Made by a program: the position numbers and the translations under genes
Origin: Calditrichaceae bacterium
GTDB taxonomy: Bacteria > Calditrichota > Calditrichia > Calditrichales > JBFXGD01
Length of the DNA: 64,000 bases
Assembly (NCBI GenBank): GCA_050173015.1
Contig: JBFXLE010000006.1
Span: 1 to 64,000 of the forward strand
Direction: 5' to 3'
The notes under the pieces: model-generated
The model's database searches: none
What the model was told of the DNA's origin: nothing
The model's input: only the letters and a program-made list of their open reading frames with translations
Shown: positions 9,774-18,686 of the stretch, piece by piece
Layout: each line of letters opens with the position of its first letter
Numbering within the stretch: the first letter of the stretch is position 1

Positions 9774-10244
9774 TTAGTTAAGAGTTATTTCCAATGTGAC
9801 TCCGGGGTAATTTCCCAATAAAAAGACAGTTAATTTGTATCCACCACTATCAATATAATGCCCGTCCGGGTCTTTAAATTCCCCTGAATATTCAAATGTT
9901 TTTGATTCACCGGTCCCGAGCGAGAAACGGCTTACTGCCGGCAGGAAAATTACCGGATAATACATAATGGTGTTGTTCGATCGATCCGTTAACCTGAATC
10001 CAAACTGCTGGAGATTTGGAAAAATATAATTTTTCTGCCCCGGAACGATATATTTAACTTCAAATTGTATTTGCAGCGTGTCCCCCGAATCAAAACTCGC
10101 CCGGGGAATAGTAAGGGTGAAGAGACTTCCGTCCTTCTGGATGGATTTATGCGTTTCAGAATTGTTAAATGATAAATCAGTTGCCAAATTGCAAGCACTA
10201 ATAAAAAGCAGACAGATGACCGGAAAAACATACTTATATTTCAT
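9774..10244 (-). CDS. Lipoprotein with a BsuPI-like Ig domain
   Basis: Lipobox FISAC; FTLTI...GDTLQIQFEV...F...QQFGF...L..GESKTF...G.Y.L pattern. Confidence 0.6.
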   Translation of the reverse strand: MKYKYVFPVICLLFISACNLATDLSFNNSETHKSIQKDGSLFTLTIPRASFDSGDTLQIQFEVKYIVPGQKNYIFPNLQQFGFRLTDRSNNTIMYYPVIFLPAVSRFSLGTGESKTFEYSGEFKDPDGHYIDSGGYKLTVFLLGNYPGVTLEITLN

Positions 10245-10295
10245 CCTCTATCCCTCTAAGGCAAATTGAATTTATATAAAATACAAAGACTTATT

Positions 10296-10802
10296 TTAAA
10301 ACCGATAACCGATAGTGACAGAGGAGATGATGTCGTTTTGCATTTCCTCATTCATGAGCATATAATTCATTATAAAATCCACATAGATACTTTTCTTTAC
10401 AAATAGTCCGAAATTACCGGCGATGGAAGCCTGATCGAAATCTGCCGGCAACTCCACATAATCATGCAGGCCAAAACCAATACCGTAGTAATATTTATTC
10501 TTGGATAAGCGATTGATAAAAGTATTAAATGATAAATTGTAAAAATCGGCCATTTTATTCGTGAAATTTTGATAACTGCTAATCCCGAAAGATGATTTTA
10601 ACAGAAGTTGATTATGAATTTCGTTGACAAAAATATCAACCGATATACCGACACCGTATAAAACAGATTCTTTTTCGGAAGAAATGTTCTCATACCCCCG
10701 GGAATATGAAAACGCGGGATAAGACAGTCCAAACATAAATTCCTGCGCGGGCAGAGATTTGGCGGAAAAAATGATCAGTAATAAAATTAGATATATTTTC
10801 AC
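10296..10802 (-). CDS. Small outer-membrane beta-barrel protein
   Basis: Signal peptide, alternating aromatic strands, C-terminal IGYRF signature. Confidence 0.75.
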   Translation of the reverse strand: MKIYLILLLIIFSAKSLPAQEFMFGLSYPAFSYSRGYENISSEKESVLYGVGISVDIFVNEIHNQLLLKSSFGISSYQNFTNKMADFYNLSFNTFINRLSKNKYYYGIGFGLHDYVELPADFDQASIAGNFGLFVKKSIYVDFIMNYMLMNEEMQNDIISSVTIGYRF

Positions 10803-10899
10803 TGTTAATTCCCCCCAAAATGTTAAACAGTGATATGAAAATCAAAAAAATAATCTCGGCAAATATCAAACCGGTTAGTTGTGTCAAATCATCCGCGTT

Positions 10900-11724
10900 C
10901 TACAAAAAAAGCTCCGTTAAGGTATAGGTATCAAAAAAGTCAAACATTCCAACCAGTTCGCCATTTTCGCTCGTATTGATCACATCATATGCTGATATCG
11001 ACCGTTTGATGAGTCCTTCTTTACTGATATAATCTTCGATGGATATGTCATAATCGATAAATCCGTCATTGTCGAAATCATAATACCATTGTATCCGGTA
11101 ACACTCAAAAGAACCCATATCTAAATTCAGGATGGTTTGCCCGGTGACCTGTTTTTCAATTTTAAACGGGAAATTTGATTCCCTGTAATTCCATCTGGTT
11201 CCGGTTTGTAAAGGGTATTTTAAAGTGAGCGCGGGCGGTTCCTCAAAGATGATGGAATCAGACACTATTTTTGTGAGTGGTAATTGCTGCAGCAGGACTT
11301 TACTAAACTCTTCTAACCCGGAAAAATGCTGATTTTTGAATGACAAATTGGTGTAGAGTGTCCTCTTTGGAAGGATTAGTGCTCCCACACCCGCATTTTC
11401 ATAGGCGATAATATAAAGTTCGTCCGGTTTGACCTGATAATATTGTTTAGATCCGTCGGTGTAGAGAACGATCGTTTCTATGGAATCCCGCAGAATGGCA
11501 GATCCTGTAATTTCCGATATGATGAGCGTTGTGTCACTGATCCCGTAAATTTGATCCAGGCTATCCGAGTCAAAATTGATTGTTTGCATAATTCTCTGAT
11601 ACACCCATTTTGAGCCAGTGGTGGTCGGATATTCAAAATTTAAATTATCATTTGAATCATCGTCGCAACCTATAAAATTTGTGATGAGCAGAAGTATGAT
11701 GAAGTAAATAGATACTTTTTTCAT
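10900..11724 (-). CDS. Lipoprotein, unknown function
   Basis: Lipobox FIGC; YP...GSKWVY, LKYPLQTG.RW and G.FECYRI, a beta-rich pattern. Confidence 0.7.
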   Translation of the reverse strand: MKKVSIYFIILLLITNFIGCDDDSNDNLNFEYPTTTGSKWVYQRIMQTINFDSDSLDQIYGISDTTLIISEITGSAILRDSIETIVLYTDGSKQYYQVKPDELYIIAYENAGVGALILPKRTLYTNLSFKNQHFSGLEEFSKVLLQQLPLTKIVSDSIIFEEPPALTLKYPLQTGTRWNYRESNFPFKIEKQVTGQTILNLDMGSFECYRIQWYYDFDNDGFIDYDISIEDYISKEGLIKRSISAYDVINTSENGELVGMFDFFDTYTLTELFL

Positions 11725-11856
11725 AAGATTCCTCCAATCAATACGGAATTCTTTTAAAGCAATGATGAAAAGTTTCTGTCACAATTCAAAAAATCTGATT
11801 ATTCAAAATCGAATTGTAGTTTTATATAATAGAGATTGCTCTTACACTATAATTTT

Positions 11857-11942
11857 AGAAAAAGTAACGAAATCAATATAGGTCATGCATAAATGGATGT
11901 CCAGCAAAAAAAAATCTGCTGCCCGCGAAACGGAGACAGGGT
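11857..11942 (+). repeat. Direct repeat copy 1 (~86 bp) flanking the TA module
   Basis: AGAAAAAGTAACGAAATCAATATAGGTCATGC...ATGGATGTCCAGCAAAAAAAA(A)TCTGCTGCCCGCGAAACGGAG..AGGGT; near-identical to 12812-12896. Confidence 0.95.
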
Positions 11943-11959
11943 AAGGATAGTTTTCCATT

Positions 11960-12301
11960 TTAGTGTTTGTAAAGTGAATTCTTTTCTTCTGTTGATTTCG
12001 ATTCAATCCAATCGTGTATATTTCCTTTTTTTCGAACCATATTTATTTCTAAATTTACATCTAATATCTCTGCCAATTTTACTAATGTCTTTAAAGTGTA
12101 ATTATTTTTCCCGTTCAGTAATTTTGTAATATACGCCTGTGAAGAATTCATTTTTTCAGCAAGATCTTTTTTGGACCAATTCAGTTCCATAAGTCTGATA
12201 CTGATTTGTTCAGTAATATCCAATATTTGCCCTTCCAGCATATAGGAATCATTCTTAGCGTGTTTCTCTATTTTGTTTTTAAGCCAGCTTTTATTTTTCA
12301 T
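11960..12301 (-). CDS. XRE-HTH antitoxin (HigA-like)
   Basis: WSKKDLAEKMNSSQAYITKLLNGKNNYTLKTLVKLAEIL HTH; overlaps the toxin gene end. Confidence 0.85.
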   Translation of the reverse strand: MKNKSWLKNKIEKHAKNDSYMLEGQILDITEQISIRLMELNWSKKDLAEKMNSSQAYITKLLNGKNNYTLKTLVKLAEILDVNLEINMVRKKGNIHDWIESKSTEEKNSLYKH

Positions 12302-12725
12302 CCTGTTTAAATACCTTTAATCTGTTATTATTATATAGTCGAAGTACGATATCTTTTATTTTTTCTGCTTTGTCTATTTCCTTTTTAGGAGTTTTCCCTT
12401 TTTCTTTTTTAAATCCATGGGTTAAAACGAATGTTTTGGGAGATTTACCGGGCAAAATAAAACACAATAACCTATGTGAATCAGATTTGAATTCATAGAT
12501 TCCATTAGTACCGGTCAAACTCCTAAATTTTTCTTTATTAAAAATATGACCTCTGTCCAACATAAATTCAATTAGTTTAATTATTTTCAATTCATCTTGT
12601 ACACTTAAATCTGAGATGTATCTCTCAGGGACATCGTCCCCTCTTTCGTTGATAAAAGAATAGATAACAACAGCATTACCTGCTCCAAGTAGTTTCACCC
12701 CTGACTTCAATTTTGTCTTGGCCAT
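12291..12725 (-). CDS. RelE/ParE-superfamily toxin (HigB/Gp49-like)
   Basis: KFRSL....GIYEFK....RLLCF......VLTHGFKK...KTPKKEI..A motifs; toxin precedes antitoxin. Confidence 0.85.
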   Translation of the reverse strand: MAKTKLKSGVKLLGAGNAVVIYSFINERGDDVPERYISDLSVQDELKIIKLIEFMLDRGHIFNKEKFRSLTGTNGIYEFKSDSHRLLCFILPGKSPKTFVLTHGFKKEKGKTPKKEIDKAEKIKDIVLRLYNNNRLKVFKQDEK

Positions 12726-12728
12726 AAA

Positions 12729-12754
12729 TTAACTTATAGGTTAAGTGATGTCAA
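12729..12754 (-). promoter_or_regulatory. TA promoter: -35 TTGACA plus near-palindromic operator
   Basis: Minus strand TTGACAtcacTTAACCTATAAGTTAAtttATG; no Shine-Dalgarno sequence before the ATG. Confidence 0.65.
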
Positions 12755-12811
12755 TATATTTGTTCTAATGTTGTTTTTGTGGGCTGCAATATTTTTGATC
12801 GAAAATACTCG

Positions 12812-12896
12812 AGAAAAAGTAACGAAATCAATATAGGTCATGCGTTTATGGATGTCCAGCAAAAAAAATCTGCTGCCCGCGAAACGGAGTTAGGGT
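12812..12896 (+). repeat. Direct repeat copy 2 flanking the TA module
   Basis: Near-identical to 11857-11942. Confidence 0.95.
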
Positions 12897-12995
12897 GAAT
12901 CCGCTTTTATCGGCCGGCCGGTATGTCTGATAACATAATATATGAATGGAGATCCGATGTATCGATATCATCTCTCTACATAAAGATTCTTATCG

Positions 12996-14249
12996 TTACA
13001 ACCATTTTGCCCTTCTAAAAGGTTTTGGTACAGGATTGCTGCCTTCCCATACAACCTGACGGAAATCATCGGGGTCGGTATTTCCTTCGGTATTAAGAAG
13101 TAAAATTCGTGAATCCGGTCCCAAATCAAGGTGCTTTCGCAAAGGCAGGTATTCGGGTAATGACATCATAAACATTAACGCTCCGAGTGTTACTGCGCCT
13201 GATTCACCGGAAACTATAAAAGGATCGCCATTTAGCGGGACTCCATAAACGCGCATTCCTTTTGCCGCCACATAATCCGGACAGGTTACAAATACATCCG
13301 CGAAGTCTTTTAGAATTTTCCAGGCAAGGGGGCTGGGATCTCCACATGCCAACCCTGCCATCATGGTATTTAATTTTCCATCAAAACTATGGGGCTCACC
13401 ATCAGAGATTTTTGCCGATTGATACAGGCAGGCCGCGTTGGTAGGTTCCACAATAACAAATTTTGGAGAATCAGAGCCAAAAATCTGTCGGTAATAGCCA
13501 ATTGTTGCTGCCGCTAAAGCGCCTACCCCCGCCTGCATAAAAATATGAGTCGGTTTGCTAATCCCCTGTGCCGCCAATTGTTCCTGTGTTTCAGAAAACA
13601 TGGTGGTATATCCCTGCATCACCCATTTAGGAATATCTTCGTAACCATCCCATGATGTATCGGAAATTACCTGCCAGTCATTCTTGAGTGCATCCTTGGT
13701 GACCCGGCGTACGGCATCATCATAAGTGCCGTCGATAATTATAACTTTCGCGCCATTCCTTTCAATGGCCTGAATGCGGGGGGCGGTTGTGTGTTTATGT
13801 ACATAAATAATTGAATCATATCCCAGCTGCCGCGCGGACCAGGCAATACCCATTCCATGATTTCCGTCTGTAGCCGCGGCAATAGTGATCTTGCCCAGTT
13901 TCTTCCTTATTTTTTCGGACATCAATTCGGACAGAGTCATTTCAGTATGATCCATGTTTAATCGCTTTTTGAGAAAACGATAGATTGCAAATGAACCGCC
14001 TAATACTTTAAATGAATTTAAATTTAACCGCAGTGATTCATCTTTTACCCAAATTCCGCCGAGACTCTGCATTAACGCAAGATGGGGCAAACTTTTTAGC
14101 GGTGTAATTCGGTACTCCGGAATCTGATGATGGAAATTACGCGCGGAGTGGGAAATACCGGGCGGAAAGATTTCATTAATAATTGTATCCCGCGCAGTAT
14201 TCTGATTGTTTTTGTTTTTATACCATTCCAGAGGTTTAATTACATCCAT
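12996..14249 (-). CDS. dpaL: Diaminopropionate ammonia-lyase (PLP-dependent)
   Basis: KDES.R..LNSFK.LGG, ATDGNHG, SDTSW.GY, QAGVG, MAGLACG, SGESGA, TEG.TDP. Start set at ATG 14249 after GGAG. Confidence 0.9.
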   Translation of the reverse strand: MDVIKPLEWYKNKNNQNTARDTIINEIFPPGISHSARNFHHQIPEYRITPLKSLPHLALMQSLGGIWVKDESLRLNLNSFKVLGGSFAIYRFLKKRLNMDHTEMTLSELMSEKIRKKLGKITIAAATDGNHGMGIAWSARQLGYDSIIYVHKHTTAPRIQAIERNGAKVIIIDGTYDDAVRRVTKDALKNDWQVISDTSWDGYEDIPKWVMQGYTTMFSETQEQLAAQGISKPTHIFMQAGVGALAAATIGYYRQIFGSDSPKFVIVEPTNAACLYQSAKISDGEPHSFDGKLNTMMAGLACGDPSPLAWKILKDFADVFVTCPDYVAAKGMRVYGVPLNGDPFIVSGESGAVTLGALMFMMSLPEYLPLRKHLDLGPDSRILLLNTEGNTDPDDFRQVVWEGSNPVPKPFRRAKWL

Positions 14250-14447
14250 TAGAAACTCCGTTCTCGTCATCAAAAATTTTATATTAAAAAAATATGCAAA
14301 CAAACTTCTAATACAAATATCACGATTATCTTGATATCTCACAAACATCTTTAGGGTAAATAAGCATGTCATCTTAACCCTTACCCGTTATTAAAAAAGT
14401 AAATCGTTGAAAATAATATTGACAGGAAATAATTGGGAGAACGCAAC

Positions 14448-14864
14448 CTAAGGGTTGCGTTCTCCGGCTGCTTCCGGTTGATACAGAATTTTTTTAACTT
14501 TCAATTTTCTTGTTCCTACCGGAACTTTCCATTCGATCACATCACCAATTTTATAACCAATAAGCGCGGTACCAATCGGCGCGAGAATTGATATTTTGTT
14601 TTTGCTGATATCCGCTGCTTTTGGATAGACCAGTTTGTAGATTAATTCTTCACCCGAATCCATATCTTTAAGACAAACTTCCGAATTCATCGTAATAACA
14701 TTAGGGGGTATTTGGTCCTCGGGAACCACGGTTCCGCGTTCTAATTCATCCGATAAATTCTTCAGAAATTCGCTGTCTCGCGGAGATAAATTTTTAGAAG
14801 ATTTAATCAGCAAGGTTAATCCCTTGAGATCGGATTCAGTAATAAAAATTTTACGTTTTGCCAT
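14448..14864 (-). CDS. rnk: Nucleoside diphosphate kinase regulator (GreA/GreB-like C-terminal domain)
   Basis: IFITE.D...L, VITMNS.V, LVYP..AD....ISILAPIGTALIG, ILYQPEAAG. Confidence 0.9.
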   Translation of the reverse strand: MAKRKIFITESDLKGLTLLIKSSKNLSPRDSEFLKNLSDELERGTVVPEDQIPPNVITMNSEVCLKDMDSGEELIYKLVYPKAADISKNKISILAPIGTALIGYKIGDVIEWKVPVGTRKLKVKKILYQPEAAGERNP

Positions 14865-14898
14865 AATGGATCCTTTATTGTTAAAAATTAAACAAATT

Positions 14899-15512
14899 CA
14901 ATAGTGTCCGGTTAAACTAAAAATAAATTAAACAAAACAGGCTTGATAACCCTATCTCTTGTAAATTACTTTTGTTGTAAGTAATTTAAAACATAAGGGT
15001 TACCAAGCCATGACATATAATACAACAATCCCCGGTTAAATGATAGAATTAATTTCACGACCTGAACTCCAATCTATCATTCAGGCAGTAAAACAGTAAA
15101 GCACTCTACATTATCCGAGGCCAATAATAAACGTTCATACGTCATTTACAAAGAGCTGTTTTTCAGCCTTATAAATGGAGTCAAAATTATTGCGTATGTT
15201 TATAATTACGTTGGGTAATAGAAATCTTTTTAGAACTATTCACAAAATCTTAAATTCAAGCATTTCTTTTGGATAAGTTCCGGTGCCATATTTACACAAA
15301 TATGGGCAGCTACGCGCGACTGCTTATTAGTTAACCTGGGTAAGTTTTTGAATAAATCAAAAATGACTGGTCAGAAAAAAAGCCGACTGATTCAGATCAA
15401 TTTGTTTGAACGAAAACCGCTTACTAAAATTTTCAAAGAACCAAAATTTGAACTACCAAACAGGTTGTAAAGTAATCAAACCTGGTTATTCAGTTTTAAC
15501 CGGACGCCAATA
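14899..15512 (+). mobile_element. Internally deleted, decayed IS4-family element (DUF4372-type transposase)
   Basis: Imperfect terminal IRs CAATAGTGTCCGGTTAAA / TTTAACCGGACGCCAATA (14 of 18 match). 5' remnant from ATG 15010 reads MTYNTTIPG*MIELISRPELQSII. 3' remnant with frameshifts reads Y..RWVIEIF...QNLK...TQIWAA...LIQINLFERK. Confidence 0.8.
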
Positions 15513-15720
15513 ATGCAAATCCTGTAAGAATTCTTTTCATACTTTTATCAAAATTAATTAAAATAGTTCCCTGAAATCGTGACGCGTGTAACTTTATTTT
15601 TTAGGCATCGCCGGGATACTTTTTTTTGTTGTTCAAAACTATTTTGATGCTAAAGTTTACACCGATAAAGCGGTACCTATATAAGTGGGGGGGGTACTTC
15701 AAAGACCCGCGCGCGGGGCT

Positions 15721-15909
15721 CTGAGCCCGGACGTTGACTCTCTGAGCTCCAATCGTGACTCTTTTTGCTCCGGCATTGCCTCTTTTTGCCTCAATCGCCG
15801 GGTTCGGAGCTCCGATGTTGACTCTCCGAGCCCCAAATTTGACTCTCAGAGCTCAAAACTTCAATCTCTGAGCTCGGGTGTTGGTCCTTTTTGCTCCAGT
15901 CGCGGAAGA
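15721..15909 (+). repeat. Degenerate tandem array of ~9 x 21-bp units
   Basis: CTGAGCCCGGACGTTGACTCT / CTGAGCTCCAATCGTGACTCT / TTTTGCTCCGGCATTGCCTCT / ... / CGGAGCTCCGATGTTGACTCT / CCGAGCCCCAAATTTGACTCT / CAGAGCTCAAAACTTCAATCT / CTGAGCTCGGGTGTTGGTCCT. Confidence 0.85.
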
Positions 15910-16020
15910 GTATTCGTTTCCGTGTGTTTTGGATCAAAAAGATAATAATTTTTTTATAGTAACCTATAAATGTGTTTCGTATTTTTAAGGTTAATAATTT
16001 AATCAACACGGACTGTTATA

Positions 16021-18615
16021 ATGAATCTTATCTCGAAGATTAAACCGAAATCACTTTTCTATTCTCTTAATCATTTGGAAACTGTCAATGAATATCAGGC
16101 GTACCGGCAGGTTTTTTACGCCAAGGAGATTGTTGATCTTTACGCCAATTTTGTCTTTTATAATAAGTTGTTTGATGAAGAGAATTGGAGCGAAAACATC
16201 ACCGCGAGTTTGAACTTTCGTGATTATATGATAACGAAAGAAATCAAAAGCTTTGAAGCGCCTTTGAATGTTTCAAAAGATGACAATATCGCGGTCGCTT
16301 CCTTTAAAATAATTGAAGATTGTAAACCGGATGAATGGCATCCCGGGGAATATTCCTGTGAAGTTGTTTATGAAGATGAAGTATTGATCTCGGATAAATT
16401 TTACATCGATGACGTGCATACTCAAAAATTTAAGCCGGAATCATTTTGCGAAATTTCATCACTTAAACTTTTTACCGCCGGTTCGGAAGCCGAAGAATCA
16501 GATGATCGGAGAGTGTATTTGTCCCGGTTCTTTTTCAAATCCACCAGATATATTTGGGCGGAACTTGAGATCATCAATCTTCTGCCGCAAACCTGGCAGG
16601 GGGAGTTTGTCTTTAGTTTTTACAATGATATAAGAGAGCTGGTGAGACAGGAACGGGTTATCGCCACGATCGATCATGAAGACCCAAAGAGCGTCAACAT
16701 CATCATGGCGGGCGCGGGTTCCGATACGGAAATCACCTGGGCAGAAGATAATTATACCATCGAAATCGTTTTCTTAAACGAACTGATCGCTTCCGCCTTT
16801 TTCGAAGTTGGCGATACCAATTCAAGCAGCTCCCTGAAAACCTATATTCCCTCAAAAGAAAATCTTTCATCGAAAAGAGTTACAAAGATCGGCGGCGAGG
16901 CTCAAATTTTTGCTGAAATTGATAATCTGGTGGGGCTGCATCATATCAAACAAAAACTGCATGACCATTTTGGCTATGTCAAATATCTGAAGCTCAGGAA
17001 AGAAAAAGGTTTGAGTCCGCTGGAAGATATCAACCTGAATTTTGTATTCGCGGGCAATCCCGGGACAGGTAAAACCAAGGTGGCTCAGTTACTGGGTAAA
17101 ATTTACAGAGAGCTTGGTTTGCTTTCAAAAAACACCGTATATGAGGTTGACAGATCGGATCTTGTGGGACGATATGTGGGTGATACCGCTCCCCTTACCA
17201 AAGAAGTCATCGAAAAAGCGCGCGGCGGGATATTATTTATCGATGAGGCATATGCCTTGTGGCGAGATGATGATAAGGATTTTGGGCGCGAATCAATTGA
17301 AATCCTGGTCAAAGAACTCTCTGACGGGCCGGGAGATCTGGCGGTGATCGTCGCGGGCTACCCGAAAGAAATGAAAGATTTTCTGGAATCTAACACGGGT
17401 TTGAAATCCCGTTTTAATTTTACCTTTGAGTTTCCCGACTATACACCGGATGAACTCATGTCAATCGCGAAGTTAATGATTGCCGGGAAATCATTATTTA
17501 TGACCGGTAAGGCTGAAGAAATTCTTTATAAAATGGTTGTCGAAGAATACAGGAAACGGGACAAACATTTTGGAAACGCGCGATTTATTAATTCAGTCAT
17601 TGAAGAAGCTCAGGTAAATCTTGGCCTGCGTATTGTAAGGTCAGGCGCGGCGGGCGATTTTTCCAATACTGAATTATCAACGGTAACAGAAGATGACATC
17701 AGCAGAATCAAACAAAGTGAAGGTTCAAAATTTGTAGATCTTCCCATCAATGAAGAGTTGTTGAAAGATGCCTTAAACAGACTTAACAAGCTTGTCGGAC
17801 TGGAAAATGTTAAAAATAAGATTCGCGAGCTTGTAAAATTGGCCCGGTTCTATAAAGAGAGCCAAAAGGCTTTGCTAAACTCCCTGTCACTGCATAATGT
17901 TTTTATCGGTAATCCGGGAACGGGCAAAACCACCATTGCCAGGATTATCGCGGATATTTACAAGGCATTAGGGCTGCTGGAACGCGGACATCTGGTGGAG
18001 TGTTCGCGTGATTCCCTGGTCGCCGGATATGTCGGCCAGACGGCTTTGCAAACCAGATCCATGCTTGAAGAATCGGTGGGAGGGGTTTTGTTTATCGATG
18101 AAGCGTATTCTCTCACCCAGGGGAACGGCGCAAATGATTTTGGGCATGAAGCCATCGAAGTGATTCTAAAATTTATGGAAGATAACAGAGGCGCGTTCGG
18201 TATAATTGCCGCTGGTTACACTCAGGAGATGATAAAATTTCTTGAGACCAATCCCGGCTTACGCTCTCGGTTTGATAATATTATTGAGTTCGATGATTTG
18301 TCCGCAAGCGATCTGCTATTGGTTGCTGAGAAAATGCTTGCCGAACAAAACATGAAATTTGAAAAAAAAGCAAAAACGCATCTTCAGAAATTTTTTGAAT
18401 TCCATTACGCGGAACGGGATAAGTTTTTTGGAAACGCCCGGTTTGTCAGAAAGGTGGTTGACAGCGCTATTCGCAATCAACATCTGCGTTTGTCTGAGAT
18501 GACGCCGGATAAACGAGGTGATAAAACTATAAAAACCATCACATTTGATGATGTTGATGACTTTCTTCCGGAAAAAGATTTTGTCACCAGAAACAGGAGA
18601 AAAATAGGTTTTTAA
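16021..18615 (+). CDS. AAA+ ATPase with two CbbX/SpoVK/EccA-type modules and a duplicated beta-rich N-terminal region
   Basis: Two copies each of GNPGTGKT, LV..YVG.T pore loop, LFIDEAY, GL.SRF and FGNARF; ends in RKIGF. Confidence 0.92.
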   Translation: MNLISKIKPKSLFYSLNHLETVNEYQAYRQVFYAKEIVDLYANFVFYNKLFDEENWSENITASLNFRDYMITKEIKSFEAPLNVSKDDNIAVASFKIIEDCKPDEWHPGEYSCEVVYEDEVLISDKFYIDDVHTQKFKPESFCEISSLKLFTAGSEAEESDDRRVYLSRFFFKSTRYIWAELEIINLLPQTWQGEFVFSFYNDIRELVRQERVIATIDHEDPKSVNIIMAGAGSDTEITWAEDNYTIEIVFLNELIASAFFEVGDTNSSSSLKTYIPSKENLSSKRVTKIGGEAQIFAEIDNLVGLHHIKQKLHDHFGYVKYLKLRKEKGLSPLEDINLNFVFAGNPGTGKTKVAQLLGKIYRELGLLSKNTVYEVDRSDLVGRYVGDTAPLTKEVIEKARGGILFIDEAYALWRDDDKDFGRESIEILVKELSDGPGDLAVIVAGYPKEMKDFLESNTGLKSRFNFTFEFPDYTPDELMSIAKLMIAGKSLFMTGKAEEILYKMVVEEYRKRDKHFGNARFINSVIEEAQVNLGLRIVRSGAAGDFSNTELSTVTEDDISRIKQSEGSKFVDLPINEELLKDALNRLNKLVGLENVKNKIRELVKLARFYKESQKALLNSLSLHNVFIGNPGTGKTTIARIIADIYKALGLLERGHLVECSRDSLVAGYVGQTALQTRSMLEESVGGVLFIDEAYSLTQGNGANDFGHEAIEVILKFMEDNRGAFGIIAAGYTQEMIKFLETNPGLRSRFDNIIEFDDLSASDLLLVAEKMLAEQNMKFEKKAKTHLQKFFEFHYAERDKFFGNARFVRKVVDSAIRNQHLRLSEMTPDKRGDKTIKTITFDDVDDFLPEKDFVTRNRRKIGF

Positions 18616-18686
18616 ATAAATTCTGCTATTCACAACGAAGCGGCCTGTTATTCATAGCTCTTCGTTAAAACTCAACAGGAAGACAA

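Noticed and set aside
11857-12896. Integron gene cassette
   Set aside because: The repeats lack an evident RYYYAAC...GTTRRRY attC palindrome and no intI is visible.
14941-15009. Long hairpin as an rnk/greA-type attenuator leader
   Set aside because: It lies inside the IS4 inverted repeats and ends at the transposase ATG, so it is better explained as part of the IS.
15721-15909. CRISPR array
   Set aside because: Units are contiguous 21-mers with no unique spacers, and no cas genes are present.
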